From a virus, in IMG/VR virus record IMGVR_UViG_3300017760_000001, positions 32,001 through 96,000 of that record: a stretch of 64,000 nucleotides of DNA. One strand, written 5' to 3'. Shown here piece after piece: positions 1 to 9,700 of the stretch (positions within the stretch are counted from its first letter, which is position 1; every line of letters starts with the position of its first letter). The translations under genes and the position numbers were made by a program. The notes below the pieces were generated by a model, which ran no database searches, had not been told where the DNA came from, and saw only the letters and a list, made by a program, of their open reading frames with translations.

Positions 1-458
1 AAGTAGTCATGACCAATGTTAGTATCGAAACTAACACCGAGTGCTTTGGATAGTACATCGGGTATCGCATTCTTGGATAGTTCTTTGTGTTTGCCATCAA
101 TAATTGTGATTGATTCCATGACCGCATTATATACGGCACGGTCTTGACACCACTTCTCAGTAGTATCGACCAACCAGTCTAGGTTTTCTTCTTTCTTTTC
201 AAAGATATTAGGTAGGATCTCCATACCGTGACGATAGACTTCATCACTTAGACGGTCACCTTGATCGACCTCAATCTTGAATGCTTCCATAGTAGGAAGT
301 TTGTTGTACTTTGCAATAAACAGAGTTAGTTCTTTGAACAACCCTTTATACACACCCTCAAAGTAATCGGGTTCGAGGAAGGCAGCAACCTTCCTCATGT
401 ATTTGTCATTAGTCAGCAGATTCCGCAGAATCGTCTGTTCTAAGTTGATCTCCATCAT
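1..458 (-). CDS. gp41: Replicative DNA helicase gp41, N-terminal part (runs off window start)
   Basis: Own translation MMEINLEQTILRNLLTNDKYMRKV...EKWCQDRAVYNA...LSKALGVSFDTNIGHDY matches the T4-like gp41 N-terminus; downstream of uvsX. Not in the ORF track. Confidence 0.9.
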   Translation of the reverse strand, partial: MMEINLEQTILRNLLTNDKYMRKVAAFLEPDYFEGVYKGLFKELTLFIAKYNKLPTMEAFKIEVDQGDRLSDEVYRHGMEILPNIFEKKEENLDWLVDTTEKWCQDRAVYNAVMESITIIDGKHKELSKNAIPDVLSKALGVSFDTNIGHDY

Positions 459-810
459 CGTCATCCCAACCTTCGTTTTTGAGATGCTGTGGTTCAGCAT
501 CCATTTCAGCAGTTGTTAGTGTCCCATTAGCGTGTGATCTTTCTAACACGTCTTCCAGAACATCAGCTGCAAATTCTTGTAGAGGCACATACGTGGTGTT
601 AAGATCTGGATCTGGTGAAGAAATAATAGTGAAGTTAAACCTCAAACATTTTTCTTTACCGTCAAAACTAATAGCACCATAACGAATAACCGTCTCAACA
701 AAATCCCCACGTAGGAATCTGATATCCCACGCTTGTTCGTTATCAACGGCAGCGGGGATGACTTCATAGTCGATCCCCTCACTCATTTTATTTACATCTA
801 TATCACGCAT
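409..810 (-). CDS. Hypothetical protein between uvsX and gp41 (gp40 position)
   Basis: 133-aa ORF overlapping both neighbours; no motif recognised. Confidence 0.7.
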   Translation of the reverse strand: MRDIDVNKMSEGIDYEVIPAAVDNEQAWDIRFLRGDFVETVIRYGAISFDGKEKCLRFNFTIISSPDPDLNTTYVPLQEFAADVLEDVLERSHANGTLTTAEMDAEPQHLKNEGWDDDDGDQLRTDDSAESAD

Positions 811-1837
811 CGCCTTCGACCATTATATCAAATTCTACCTCAGAAGGCAAGCCTATTTGGTAACTTTTTTTCAAAAACTCTTTGAAGTCAGTAGTCGCAA
901 AGATTGGTTCCCAGAACTCTCGTTCCAGTGTTTCTTTCTGTCGTACTTTCTTCTCTTCGCCTGCACGTGAGTACCAACCGTTAGATGGTTTGACAACATA
1001 TCCACCAGCGAGTGCGACATCAAGTAGTCCAGAGTATCTCTCAACACCACCGTCCCACGACACACTGATCGGAATCTTGGATTGTTCTTTCACATAACGA
1101 GACTTGTCCACCTTGATCACAAAGTCATAACCTGTAACCTCAGTACCAGTCTTGTTCTGTCTACGACCGATGATCCAGATGTTGTCGGCACTATAGTAGA
1201 TACCAGTACCACCAGACACTACGTCTTTAGGGAACAGACCGATCTCTTTGTACGTATGGTTGATCGCAATCATTGGGATCTTCTTCATATTCAGATACGG
1301 TGTAGTCATACGGAACAGAGACTTGAACGCCTTTGCACGTGACATATCTGCGACCGACTTCTCATTGATCGCATCTTCCAGTTCTTTCTTAGAGGCAAGG
1401 TTACCGACCGAATCGATTACGATAATTACATCGTCCTTGGCATCCAGTGCTTCCAACTGGTTGATCAGATCGAACTTCAACTGTTCTACATCCTTGATCG
1501 GACAATGTAGTACACGGTCAGTTGGAATACCGAACTGTTCGAAGTATGACTGCGGTGAACCAAACTCTGAATCATAAAACAACATTACCGCATCTTTCTT
1601 CTTCTCCAGATACGCAGCTGCCATCAATAAGGCAAACGAAGTTTTAAAGTGTTTACTGGGCCCTGCGAGTACGGTCAACCCAGGCGTAACACCACCCTCG
1701 GTCGAACCAGACAACGCCACATTGATCATAGGCACATCGGTAGGAACCATGTCTACTTCTTGAAAGAACTTACTATCTTGGAGTACCGCAGTCTCTTTGA
1801 TCTTAGACTGTTTCCTCAGTTTATCCATCACACTCAT
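803..1837 (-). CDS. uvsX: RecA-like recombinase UvsX
   Basis: GPSKHFKT Walker A, YDSEFG, DSVGNLASKKE, DMSRAK, SGGTGIYYSAD motifs. Confidence 0.97.
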   Translation of the reverse strand: MSVMDKLRKQSKIKETAVLQDSKFFQEVDMVPTDVPMINVALSGSTEGGVTPGLTVLAGPSKHFKTSFALLMAAAYLEKKKDAVMLFYDSEFGSPQSYFEQFGIPTDRVLHCPIKDVEQLKFDLINQLEALDAKDDVIIVIDSVGNLASKKELEDAINEKSVADMSRAKAFKSLFRMTTPYLNMKKIPMIAINHTYKEIGLFPKDVVSGGTGIYYSADNIWIIGRRQNKTGTEVTGYDFVIKVDKSRYVKEQSKIPISVSWDGGVERYSGLLDVALAGGYVVKPSNGWYSRAGEEKKVRQKETLEREFWEPIFATTDFKEFLKKSYQIGLPSEVEFDIMVEGDA

Positions 1838-2697
1838 TCATCATCTCCAAACGTTATATTATTTACTTTCTCACGATCACATTTTTCGTATCGTTTTCTA
1901 TATTGATTATTGATATTCATTACCTCTTTCATTAATCTCATATCATACACATGCATTTCCGAAAACTTGGTAAAGGCGGCAATGTCTTTGGGGAAACACG
2001 CACCCCCAAATCCACGTTTACCGTCATGTCCAGGCACACGTGTATGTCCTACGCCTATCCTACTATCCGCACCTAACGCACGAGTAACTACATTATAGTT
2101 ACAATCATTAGCAGTAACTAAATCATACAGTTCGTTGAAGAACGTAACTTTAGTAGATAGGAATGTGTTCACACTATACTTAACAAACGATGCCTCCTTG
2201 GCAGTCATTGTATAAACTTCTCGTGAAGAACACAAACTGAACTCTTCGTATATCTCCTTGAGTCTAGATGTCGCCTTTTCATGACCACCAAACACGTGGA
2301 AGTCCGCATCAACAAAATCTTCTTTGGCAGATTTCTCTGTCAAAAACTCTGGATTATATACAAATAGTTCTTGGGAAAAATCAGGCATTCCCGATAACAT
2401 TTTTTCGATCACATCAGGCGTGATCGTTGATTTGACAACAACAAGGGCATTGGTCGAAAGAACCAGTTTAGCGACAGCATCTTCTACGATACTGGCATCT
2501 ACGACATGATCAATACCCATTGGTGTAGGCGCACACACAAATACACAGTCAGCTTCCCACTCTAGTAAATCATCAACAGTTGTTCCATATTTGGGATCTA
2601 CTGCCATGATATCTACTTTTGGATGGGTGAATGCGTACTCTACCGCACTACCTACGAATCCATGTCCGACAATACCTAGTCGGAGTCTATTTTCCAT
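1834..2697 (-). CDS. UDP-glucose/GDP-mannose dehydrogenase family protein (short form)
   Basis: GHGFVG Rossmann motif, KSTI, YNPEFL, GFGGACFPKD catalytic Cys. Start moved to MENRLRL (ATG 2697). Confidence 0.9.
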   Translation of the reverse strand: MENRLRLGIVGHGFVGSAVEYAFTHPKVDIMAVDPKYGTTVDDLLEWEADCVFVCAPTPMGIDHVVDASIVEDAVAKLVLSTNALVVVKSTITPDVIEKMLSGMPDFSQELFVYNPEFLTEKSAKEDFVDADFHVFGGHEKATSRLKEIYEEFSLCSSREVYTMTAKEASFVKYSVNTFLSTKVTFFNELYDLVTANDCNYNVVTRALGADSRIGVGHTRVPGHDGKRGFGGACFPKDIAAFTKFSEMHVYDMRLMKEVMNINNQYRKRYEKCDREKVNNITFGDDE

Positions 2698-3646
2698 TAT
2701 GATATTCCTCATACCATTCAAAAAAGTTTGCAACACCAGTCTTGATGTCAGTCTTTGGTTTGTAACCGTACTGTTGCAACTTAGCAGTATTACTCCATGT
2801 CTCCAGAGTATCCGCTGGGTGTCTAGGCGCAAGATTTATATCTGCTTTCTCACCGCAACAAGTATCACAAGCATGACTCTCGATTTCTTTTACAAAATCC
2901 ATCAACTGTACCTGTTCACCGTAACCAATATTGAAGATCGAGTTAGATTCTATATTAGATCTGGTATTCAAGATAAGAACTATCCCATCAAGAATATCAT
3001 CGATATAGGTAAAGTCTCGCTTCATATCCCCATAATTATACACGTTTATTTGCTTTTTGTCAAGCATATTTTTTGTGAAATCAAACAGCGCCATATCTGG
3101 TCGTCCCCAAGGGCCGTAGACGGTAAAGAAACGGAGACCGATATTCTGAACGCCAGATATGGCAAACTGAATCTCATTCACATACTTGGTGTATGCGTAA
3201 GCATTACGTTGTTTGTCGGTAACCAAATCTTCTGTCCACCCATTCTCTGGAACTGGAGTTTCTCCATACACAGATGAAGTTGAGGCATAGACAACATGTA
3301 TGTTCTTGTCCTTCACAACATCAATAAGATTTTGTGTACCGTCAATATTGTTTGCGTGATATGCAGATTCCTTACCGAACGAATCTCTTGTGCCTGCATG
3401 AGCTGCAAGATGAACAATCTGTTCTGGTTTGAATGAATCAATGATTCTTTCCAGTCGTTCACTGTCTCGGATATCACAAACTTGTATATCCAACTTGAAA
3501 TGTTGGGTTCGATCCACTTTTAGTTGTGGTTCATATAGATGGTCATTATAGTTATCGACACCCAGTACTTCATGACCATTATTCTTGAGTCTATTCATTA
3601 ACTGCGAACCGATGAAACCAGCTGCACCTGTGATTAAAATTTTCAT
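2687..3646 (-). CDS. NAD-dependent epimerase, UDP-glucuronate 4-epimerase-like
   Basis: TGAAGFIG, HLAA, YAYTK (YxxxK), LRFFTVYGPWGRPDMA, RDFTYIDD. Confidence 0.9.
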   Translation of the reverse strand: MKILITGAAGFIGSQLMNRLKNNGHEVLGVDNYNDHLYEPQLKVDRTQHFKLDIQVCDIRDSERLERIIDSFKPEQIVHLAAHAGTRDSFGKESAYHANNIDGTQNLIDVVKDKNIHVVYASTSSVYGETPVPENGWTEDLVTDKQRNAYAYTKYVNEIQFAISGVQNIGLRFFTVYGPWGRPDMALFDFTKNMLDKKQINVYNYGDMKRDFTYIDDILDGIVLILNTRSNIESNSIFNIGYGEQVQLMDFVKEIESHACDTCCGEKADINLAPRHPADTLETWSNTAKLQQYGYKPKTDIKTGVANFFEWYEEYHNGK

Positions 3647-3655
3647 TATACCGTC

Positions 3656-4597
3656 CTATCCGTTTCTATAAACATATTCTAACGCCCTGTCCGCTTCTTT
3701 TGCTAGGGGTCGATTCTCGTACCAGTTGCCAGATTCCGCATCAAACTGTTTACACATTTCTGCGATTTGCGTGGCAGTGATTGGATACCCTTTACTTATA
3801 GCGTGTCCAGCTATCGCAACCATGATCTGATACATCTTGTGATACCACCCAGTGCCAGTTATGGCACGGTATTCTACACCTAGTCGTTTGGGGAAGAACG
3901 GACAATCGTGGTAACTCGACCAACTGTAGTTGGTATTGTCCATTTGATTCTTACGGTGTTCTATCACCGCCTTCTGCATCTCGTCAGGCAATCTATCTAA
4001 GAAACTATTACCAGACTTAACTTCGTACTTATGACGGGCCATAAGTTCGTCAGTATTAATAGACTCGCCATTATGAGTAAAATAAAAGTTATTTGCATTA
4101 GGATAATCCGCAGGAACGTAATACATTCGAGCGAGATCTTTAGTCTGTGGATCTCCGATGTCTCCAAGTTCTTTATTGAGTGCGAACCAGAAGTGTTTGA
4201 TTCTATCTTGCGGTATAGAGTTGTCAAGATCGAATACAAGTCTGAACTTCGGTTGAGCATCTGACGAACTAGCAGTGCTGTAACAAATAAAACTCCAACG
4301 ACCAAACCGATCAACCAACTCATTTTGAATACCTCTTATAGTGTTATCACGAAACTCATAGTCATCAACATCAACAGCACACCAATTGCCCCAATGAGTA
4401 ACAGATTTATTACTACGTGTAGTACCTTCCTGAAACACAGCAGGAGTAATAAGAGGACTAGAGTTTCTACCACCTTTCTCACCTTTTTGATTAGACAGCC
4501 CAAACAACAACTCATCGAAATCCGTCCAAGTATCTACAGAGACGGTTCGATGGGTCTTGTTGTCAAACTGATTTTTAAATATAGTTAATTCGTACAT
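3656..4597 (-). CDS. Putative archaeo-eukaryotic-type primase/polymerase
   Basis: DVDD, YSTASS..PKFRLV, DPQTKDLARMYYVP motifs plus a helical C-terminus. Start taken at MYELT because the track's ATG (4606) overlaps the -10 box. Confidence 0.65.
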   Translation of the reverse strand: MYELTIFKNQFDNKTHRTVSVDTWTDFDELLFGLSNQKGEKGGRNSSPLITPAVFQEGTTRSNKSVTHWGNWCAVDVDDYEFRDNTIRGIQNELVDRFGRWSFICYSTASSSDAQPKFRLVFDLDNSIPQDRIKHFWFALNKELGDIGDPQTKDLARMYYVPADYPNANNFYFTHNGESINTDELMARHKYEVKSGNSFLDRLPDEMQKAVIEHRKNQMDNTNYSWSSYHDCPFFPKRLGVEYRAITGTGWYHKMYQIMVAIAGHAISKGYPITATQIAEMCKQFDAESGNWYENRPLAKEADRALEYVYRNG

Positions 4598-4604
4598 GGG
4601 TTCC

Positions 4605-4634
4605 ATTATACCATACCATCATATAGTTTGTCAA
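4605..4634 (-). promoter_or_regulatory. Sigma70-type promoter for the primase-like gene
   Basis: TTGACA-18-TATAAT. Confidence 0.8.
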
Positions 4635-4637
4635 GCA

Positions 4638-7109
4638 TTATCCAAAGAAATCCTCCAGACTTGCTTTAGGTTCATCTTCCCATCCGACCGCATCCAGAAT
4701 CGGGGTCAGAGGATCTAGGAATGTCTTACTGAACATCTTGTCATAATCGACCGATCGGTGCAGATCCAGTTCCTTGGGCAGATTCAGTGGATACGAGATC
4801 ACGTTTTCGGTCAGACGATTAGGCATCTTCAGATATACGAACTTGACCTTTGAACCATTCTTGATCAGTTCGTACCTCTTACTTAGTCCGTTACTAACTA
4901 CCGCATCGTTGTACATCAACGCACCACGAACATGGATCGGTGTACCCTTGGTATAGACGGTGCGGTCTCCTTGCCACTTGACAATGTCGGATACTCCACG
5001 TGGGAACGAGATATCCTCGGGCGGTAGTGACTTGAACTCCGTCTTGAAGTCTGAGATAAACTTCTGAGTGTCAGACTCGGTGCCTTCTACAATCACACGG
5101 AATATATCCTTGAACTTCTCACGCACGATCTGTGGCGTTGATGACTTGACCGCCTCGATACCCATCATCTTGAGTTTGGGGGTGGCATACTGAACACCCT
5201 CGTTGTTGTGTACATTTAGAATGTATCGTTTCTTCGCTACCCAGATGCCACGATCTGCGATTACCTCACGTTCCATCACCATGCGGTTCTGGTATGCGTT
5301 GGTCAGATCTGCCAGTTCCGCATAGGATTTCTCCAGAACTTTCTCGAAGTGTTCGTGACAGATCTTGTCTAGGAACTTGACTGGGTCTTTGGGTTTGAAC
5401 TGGTCAACCAGATCAACCATCTTGATGTAGACTGAGTCAGTGTCCATCGCAATCACATAATCTTTGTCGGTCTTGAGAAGTTTCTGCATCTCATCGTTAA
5501 CCGCACGTTCTGCCCACTTGATAGACAACTGACCAGCCATGGTGATAGACTCTGCCACTCGTTGATCGAAGTAACGGAACCACCGATTACCTAGCGCACC
5601 GTACAGGGAGTTCATAAGAATCTTGATCGACATCTGTTGGTTGTCTAACTGGGCAATCTTGTTGGTGAGTTCCTTAGATGGATTACTCTCGAACTCTTGT
5701 TTTGCTTCCAACATTTGTTTCTTGATAACCTTACGTTCATCGAAGTACAACTTAATGATAGACGGTACGATACCAGTCTTCTCCTTAGAGAACTTAGAAC
5801 CAGTCGGTGCGAGAGTGTAGTCGCCTTTATGATCGACCTCACGGTTTAGGAATTTGTCTACAGACACATCGTTGACGAATCCATCCAGAACAGTTTCGGG
5901 TGACATGTTGTACTGGACAATGATGTTAGGATACAGAGATGCAAGGTCAAAGGACGTGACCCACTCGTGCGACCCGACCTCTGGATCTTTCACGTAACCA
6001 CCCATGAAGTCAGACTTGGGACGTTCGACCTTGGGTGGACATGCAATCATCTTCTGGTTCAGTAGTCGGTAGATGATCGAATCCCAGATGTTAGTAGTAC
6101 CGAGTGCATCGATATAGTTCACACCACCACGATAGGCCATTGACATACACAGTTCGATCAGTCCGAGTTTCTCGTCCAGTTTGTCCACGAGTTCCACGTC
6201 CTTGATGTTATAGTCAATGAACTTCTGGAAGTCTTCCTTGTAGAGTGAGTGTAGTGAACCGTGTTCCTCATAGGATAGTTTGCGTTCACCCAGAACCACG
6301 TGTGCGATATGATCCAGTCGGTAAGACTCCTGTCGTCCCCATGTGTTGAGTGTGAACTTCTTGAAGATCTCAAGGTAATCAATCTGTTCTACGCCCGTGA
6401 TGTTGTAGATCTGCGACTTCATACCCTCGTCAAAGTAAGATGACTCCGAGACCAGACCCCACGGTGAGAACTTCTTCGCCTCGTCAAACCCAGAAAGTTT
6501 ACTCATGCGGTTGATCAGATAGGGCAAGTCAAAGGTGCGAGAGTTCCAACCAGTAATAATATCTGGACAATGTTCTCTCCACCAGTCTAGGAAGTTGGTC
6601 ATCAAGGTGTGTTCATCTTTACAGACACGGTACAGAACATTGTCTGCAGCCTCGTAGGATTGCATACCCCACACATGGTACTCATCCGTACCACGTTGTT
6701 TCATGGTGATCGAGATTACTGGATGGTCTGCCTTGGATGGTTCGGGAAATCCATCATCCGACTCGACCTCAATATCGATAGTCCAGACCGATACCTGACT
6801 CGCATCGAACGGAATCACGCCAGGGAATTTGTCTGCGATATATTGTGTGACGTAGTTGGTCGTCCCGAAGATCTTGAAGTTCTCAACACCATCGTAACGT
6901 TTGGCGAAGTCACCCGCCTCTTTCATGTTACCGAACGTGATTGGTTCCACGTTGGTTCCGTCCAGACCAGTCCACCGTGTTTGGTTCTTGTTCGAGGGAA
7001 CAAACAGTGTCGGTTTGAACGGCACTTTTTTCTTGACTCGTAGTCCGTCTTCCAGTCCACGATATAGAATGTTGTTACCGTAACGGGCAACAGAAGTATA
7101 GAACTCCAT
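4638..7109 (-). CDS. gp43: Family B DNA polymerase gp43
   Basis: DIEV exonuclease motif, [24 protein letters not shown]. No intein or intron seen. Confidence 0.98.
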   Translation of the reverse strand: MEFYTSVARYGNNILYRGLEDGLRVKKKVPFKPTLFVPSNKNQTRWTGLDGTNVEPITFGNMKEAGDFAKRYDGVENFKIFGTTNYVTQYIADKFPGVIPFDASQVSVWTIDIEVESDDGFPEPSKADHPVISITMKQRGTDEYHVWGMQSYEAADNVLYRVCKDEHTLMTNFLDWWREHCPDIITGWNSRTFDLPYLINRMSKLSGFDEAKKFSPWGLVSESSYFDEGMKSQIYNITGVEQIDYLEIFKKFTLNTWGRQESYRLDHIAHVVLGERKLSYEEHGSLHSLYKEDFQKFIDYNIKDVELVDKLDEKLGLIELCMSMAYRGGVNYIDALGTTNIWDSIIYRLLNQKMIACPPKVERPKSDFMGGYVKDPEVGSHEWVTSFDLASLYPNIIVQYNMSPETVLDGFVNDVSVDKFLNREVDHKGDYTLAPTGSKFSKEKTGIVPSIIKLYFDERKVIKKQMLEAKQEFESNPSKELTNKIAQLDNQQMSIKILMNSLYGALGNRWFRYFDQRVAESITMAGQLSIKWAERAVNDEMQKLLKTDKDYVIAMDTDSVYIKMVDLVDQFKPKDPVKFLDKICHEHFEKVLEKSYAELADLTNAYQNRMVMEREVIADRGIWVAKKRYILNVHNNEGVQYATPKLKMMGIEAVKSSTPQIVREKFKDIFRVIVEGTESDTQKFISDFKTEFKSLPPEDISFPRGVSDIVKWQGDRTVYTKGTPIHVRGALMYNDAVVSNGLSKRYELIKNGSKVKFVYLKMPNRLTENVISYPLNLPKELDLHRSVDYDKMFSKTFLDPLTPILDAVGWEDEPKASLEDFFG

Positions 7110-7134
7110 GCGGTCTCCTTATAATATAGAGGGT

Positions 7135-7163
7135 ATTATAACACAGGGGGCGCAGAATGTCAA
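7135..7163 (-). promoter_or_regulatory. Sigma70-type promoter for gp43
   Basis: TTGACA-17-TATAAT, then AAGGAG RBS. Confidence 0.85.
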
Positions 7164-8047
7164 TCAATAAAATGAAAATCGCCTTGTCTTTTCCAAGGGC
7201 ATTCGACTTTATCGTCACGGTATGCTTGGTGATGTTGTGTGACTGATTTTTCTCCTAGAGAACGTTTTATCATTTGAGTTGTGGGTCTCATTAAATGTGG
7301 ATTAAAATTGTGGAATCTTTCCTCACCTAGTTGCCTTAAACCACCGGCATTGAAAACATCGAAAATATCATTATCTGTTTTTCCGAATCTCAAACCGTCA
7401 TCTGGTGATAGCGGCCACTCATACTGATCTATATTATGTAAAAATGTATTTTCACTGAGATCATATTCTTTAGTTTTTTCAAACGGTTCTGTAAATTGAG
7501 ATCCTCTCAAGAAAGTTTTGAATAATCTTTCCATACATGCATATGGGCCACCATTTATAGGAAAATCTTTATTCAGTAAAATAGTTGCTTGTTCTGCAAA
7601 AATTCGAGATAAAGAGTAACATCCCATGAAAAGTCCCATATTAGTATAATGTAAATTATAGTCTTCAGATAACTCTAGAATTAATCTAAAAGTCTCTTCT
7701 CGTTCGGGTCTAAGGTAAGTGTCGTGTTCAGTTACGAAAAATGGTTCATCGGTAAGACTACGTTGTCTTATAAGTTCCCAATGAGAACACATACCTGCCC
7801 TTTCGGTTGGTGAGTGTGGTTTGTCAAATTTTTTAGTATTACGTTTACTATCATGTGACAATAAATGTTGCCAGTTGTATTTGGATTCGTGTTCTTCGAA
7901 GTCTGGGTGGTGGGGCGTGATTGCCTCGAATGGTACAATCTCGATTATATCATTGACAGGTTCAAACGACTTTTTAGATAACTCGTGATACTCCATAGAG
8001 ATTGGATTATCGGACATCACGATTTGATAGAACTTTATTTTACTCAT
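7160..8047 (-). CDS. Glycosyltransferase family 25-like protein
   Basis: FEAI, GMCSHWELI, FVTEHD resemble GT25 motifs (GCxxSHxxxW, xEDD/EHD). Confidence 0.6.
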   Translation of the reverse strand: MSKIKFYQIVMSDNPISMEYHELSKKSFEPVNDIIEIVPFEAITPHHPDFEEHESKYNWQHLLSHDSKRNTKKFDKPHSPTERAGMCSHWELIRQRSLTDEPFFVTEHDTYLRPEREETFRLILELSEDYNLHYTNMGLFMGCYSLSRIFAEQATILLNKDFPINGGPYACMERLFKTFLRGSQFTEPFEKTKEYDLSENTFLHNIDQYEWPLSPDDGLRFGKTDNDIFDVFNAGGLRQLGEERFHNFNPHLMRPTTQMIKRSLGEKSVTQHHQAYRDDKVECPWKRQGDFHFID

Positions 8048-8062
8048 AGACCATTATATAGT

Positions 8063-8084
8063 TGGGGGGTATTTCTACCCCCCG
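8063..8084. terminator. GC-rich hairpin after the hsp20 unit
   Basis: GGGGGGTA-TTTC-TACCCCCC inverted repeat; U-tract is weak on the minus strand. Confidence 0.55.
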
Positions 8085-8092
8085 ATTTTATA

Positions 8093-8206
8093 TTATACGA
8101 GTGGAGCAAGACACAATGCTGTCACTACAAAACTTGTAATGAAAACCAAAGTCTCTAACACCCAATCATATGATGACCGTAAAGAACGGTCTCTTAGGGC
8201 TTTCAT
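8093..8206 (-). CDS. 37-aa putative membrane peptide
   Basis: MKALRDRSLRSSYDWVLETLVFITSFVVTALCLAPLV with GAGG RBS; below the ORF-track cutoff. Confidence 0.6.
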   Translation of the reverse strand: MKALRDRSLRSSYDWVLETLVFITSFVVTALCLAPLV

Positions 8207-8222
8207 ACTTAACCTCGAAAAA

Positions 8223-8639
8223 TTAACTGATAGAAATTTTACGAGGACGCTTCTCTTCTGGTAACACTACCTTTAAATTAATTACAAGAATACCGTTATT
8301 GTAAGAAGCTCCGTCTACTTCGACATATTCACTTAAGCGGAAAGTCCGTCTAAACTTCTTGGTAGAGATACCCTTATGAAGATATTCACCTTCTTCGGAT
8401 TGCTTACTCTCACCTCTGACGTTTAACGATCTTTCTTTCTGCTCTATATCCAGATCGGATTCCTCGAATCCAGCAAGTGCCAGTTCGATCGAGTACTCTG
8501 TGTCGGATCTCTTAACAATGTTGTGAGGTGGATAATTATCCTTGGCATGCCTCGCTACAAAGTCAAGTTCATCTAGAAGATGGTCAAATCCTACAAAGGA
8601 CGCTCGTGGAAATAGTTGTGATGCTTTTAAGTTAGTCAT
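8223..8639 (-). CDS. hsp20: Small heat-shock protein (Hsp20/IbpA family)
   Basis: NYPPHNI, IELALAGF, YLHKGIS, NGILVI, PEEKRPRKISI. Start MTNLK after AAGGAG. Confidence 0.95.
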   Translation of the reverse strand: MTNLKASQLFPRASFVGFDHLLDELDFVARHAKDNYPPHNIVKRSDTEYSIELALAGFEESDLDIEQKERSLNVRGESKQSEEGEYLHKGISTKKFRRTFRLSEYVEVDGASYNNGILVINLKVVLPEEKRPRKISIS

Positions 8640-8644
8640 ATTTT

Positions 8645-8699
8645 TTCTCCTTTGAAAAAGCAAGATTAAAACGGATACCGAACCATTTCGCATATCCGC
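8645..8699 (-). promoter_or_regulatory. ROSE-like RNA thermometer in the hsp20 5' UTR
   Basis: Two hairpins; the second, UCUUGCUUU-UUC-AAAGGAGA, pairs UUGCU (bulged G) with the SD. Confidence 0.75.
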
Positions 8700-8702
8700 C
8701 GT

Positions 8703-8710
8703 TATTTATA
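8703..8710 (-). promoter_or_regulatory. T4-type late promoter for hsp20
   Basis: TATAAATA. Confidence 0.8.
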
Positions 8711-8753
8711 CATCAACATATCTCTGATAAAGATTATAACTAAATGTAATGAC

Positions 8754-9293
8754 CTAGAAATATATTGATGGGTCTGGATCTCCCTCGACTCCAAAACTAA
8801 ATGTTACCCTACTTATCTGGGGAACAACTTGGTGATAAGTGCCTCTGGGAATCCATACGTAATCTCCTGGCTTGAAGTCAAAGAACTCGTCATTATTAAC
8901 ACCTTCGACTTTTAGTTTCACCGTAGAGATAACTTGAACCAAGAACACATCCATCTTATCTTTGTGCCATGGGTAACTGTCAGAGTTTGTCCCAAAACCA
9001 CTAAAAGATATATTTGTGATCTTGTTTCCATGTAACGCAAACACATCTTGCATTTCTGCTTCGATCTGTTTTGCGAACATTGGTGCGGATGGTCTAGCAT
9101 GAAAATTGTTTAGACCAATCCGAAACTTCCGTGAATTTTTGTCTAGACCTTCTTTGGGGTGAGTATCCAACATGTACATATACTGATTCCAGTCATATGT
9201 CATCTCAATAGGAAGTTTGCCTTGGAAAGGTCTCTTCTCTGCTATGCAATCTTCCTTATCATCGCCCTGAAATATACCAAAAAATTCCATCAC
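8754..9293 (-). CDS. JmjC/cupin-4-like Fe(II)/2OG oxygenase
   Basis: WHKD..DVFLVQ and PGDYVWIPRGTYHQV give an HxD...H facial triad. Confidence 0.75.
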   Translation of the reverse strand: MMEFFGIFQGDDKEDCIAEKRPFQGKLPIEMTYDWNQYMYMLDTHPKEGLDKNSRKFRIGLNNFHARPSAPMFAKQIEAEMQDVFALHGNKITNISFSGFGTNSDSYPWHKDKMDVFLVQVISTVKLKVEGVNNDEFFDFKPGDYVWIPRGTYHQVVPQISRVTFSFGVEGDPDPSIYF

Positions 9294-9700
9294 TTGTTAC
9301 CTATATTATATTTGGGACATAGTTCCCAATTATCTTTCTCCTTAAAATTGATAATTTTGATCTGGCGCATTGGCGCACAGTCAGATGCAACTTCGGGTGT
9401 CTGTATTTCTACCAGTCCCCAATCTGCGAGTAGTGTTGCGATTGTATTTCTTCTTTGAATGTCCGACAGTTCGAGGTTAGACTTCTTACCGTCCAACATA
9501 AACAATTCTTTGAAATGCACAATAAAGTATCTTCCCTGTTTGTGCAAAATGTGACAACTTTGAAATAATTTATTTTCCTTGCGAGACGCCACGCCAATTC
9601 GAGTAAGAGTTTCTCTTACCTTCAAAAAGTCATCTGGTTCCGACAAGGTGACTTCCAACATCTTGGAAACACTCCATTCGACAATATTATTTTCTTCCAC
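9290..9700 (-). CDS. regA: Translational repressor RegA
   Basis: DDFLKVRETLTRIGVAS, QSCHILHKQGRYFIVHFKELF. Confidence 0.97.
   Translation of the reverse strand: MEENNIVEWSVSKMLEVTLSEPDDFLKVRETLTRIGVASRKENKLFQSCHILHKQGRYFIVHFKELFMLDGKKSNLELSDIQRRNTIATLLADWGLVEIQTPEVASDCAPMRQIKIINFKEKDNWELCPKYNIGNK

Noticed and set aside
2591-3277. 228-aa plus-strand ORF, and the many other antisense ORFs in the track
   Set aside because: Shadow frames of well-supported minus-strand genes, with no RBS or recognisable motifs.
4638-7109. Intein, intron or split in gp43 (also checked gp17, uvsW, gp23)
   Set aside because: ORFs are continuous, of normal length, with no intein or homing-endonuclease motifs.
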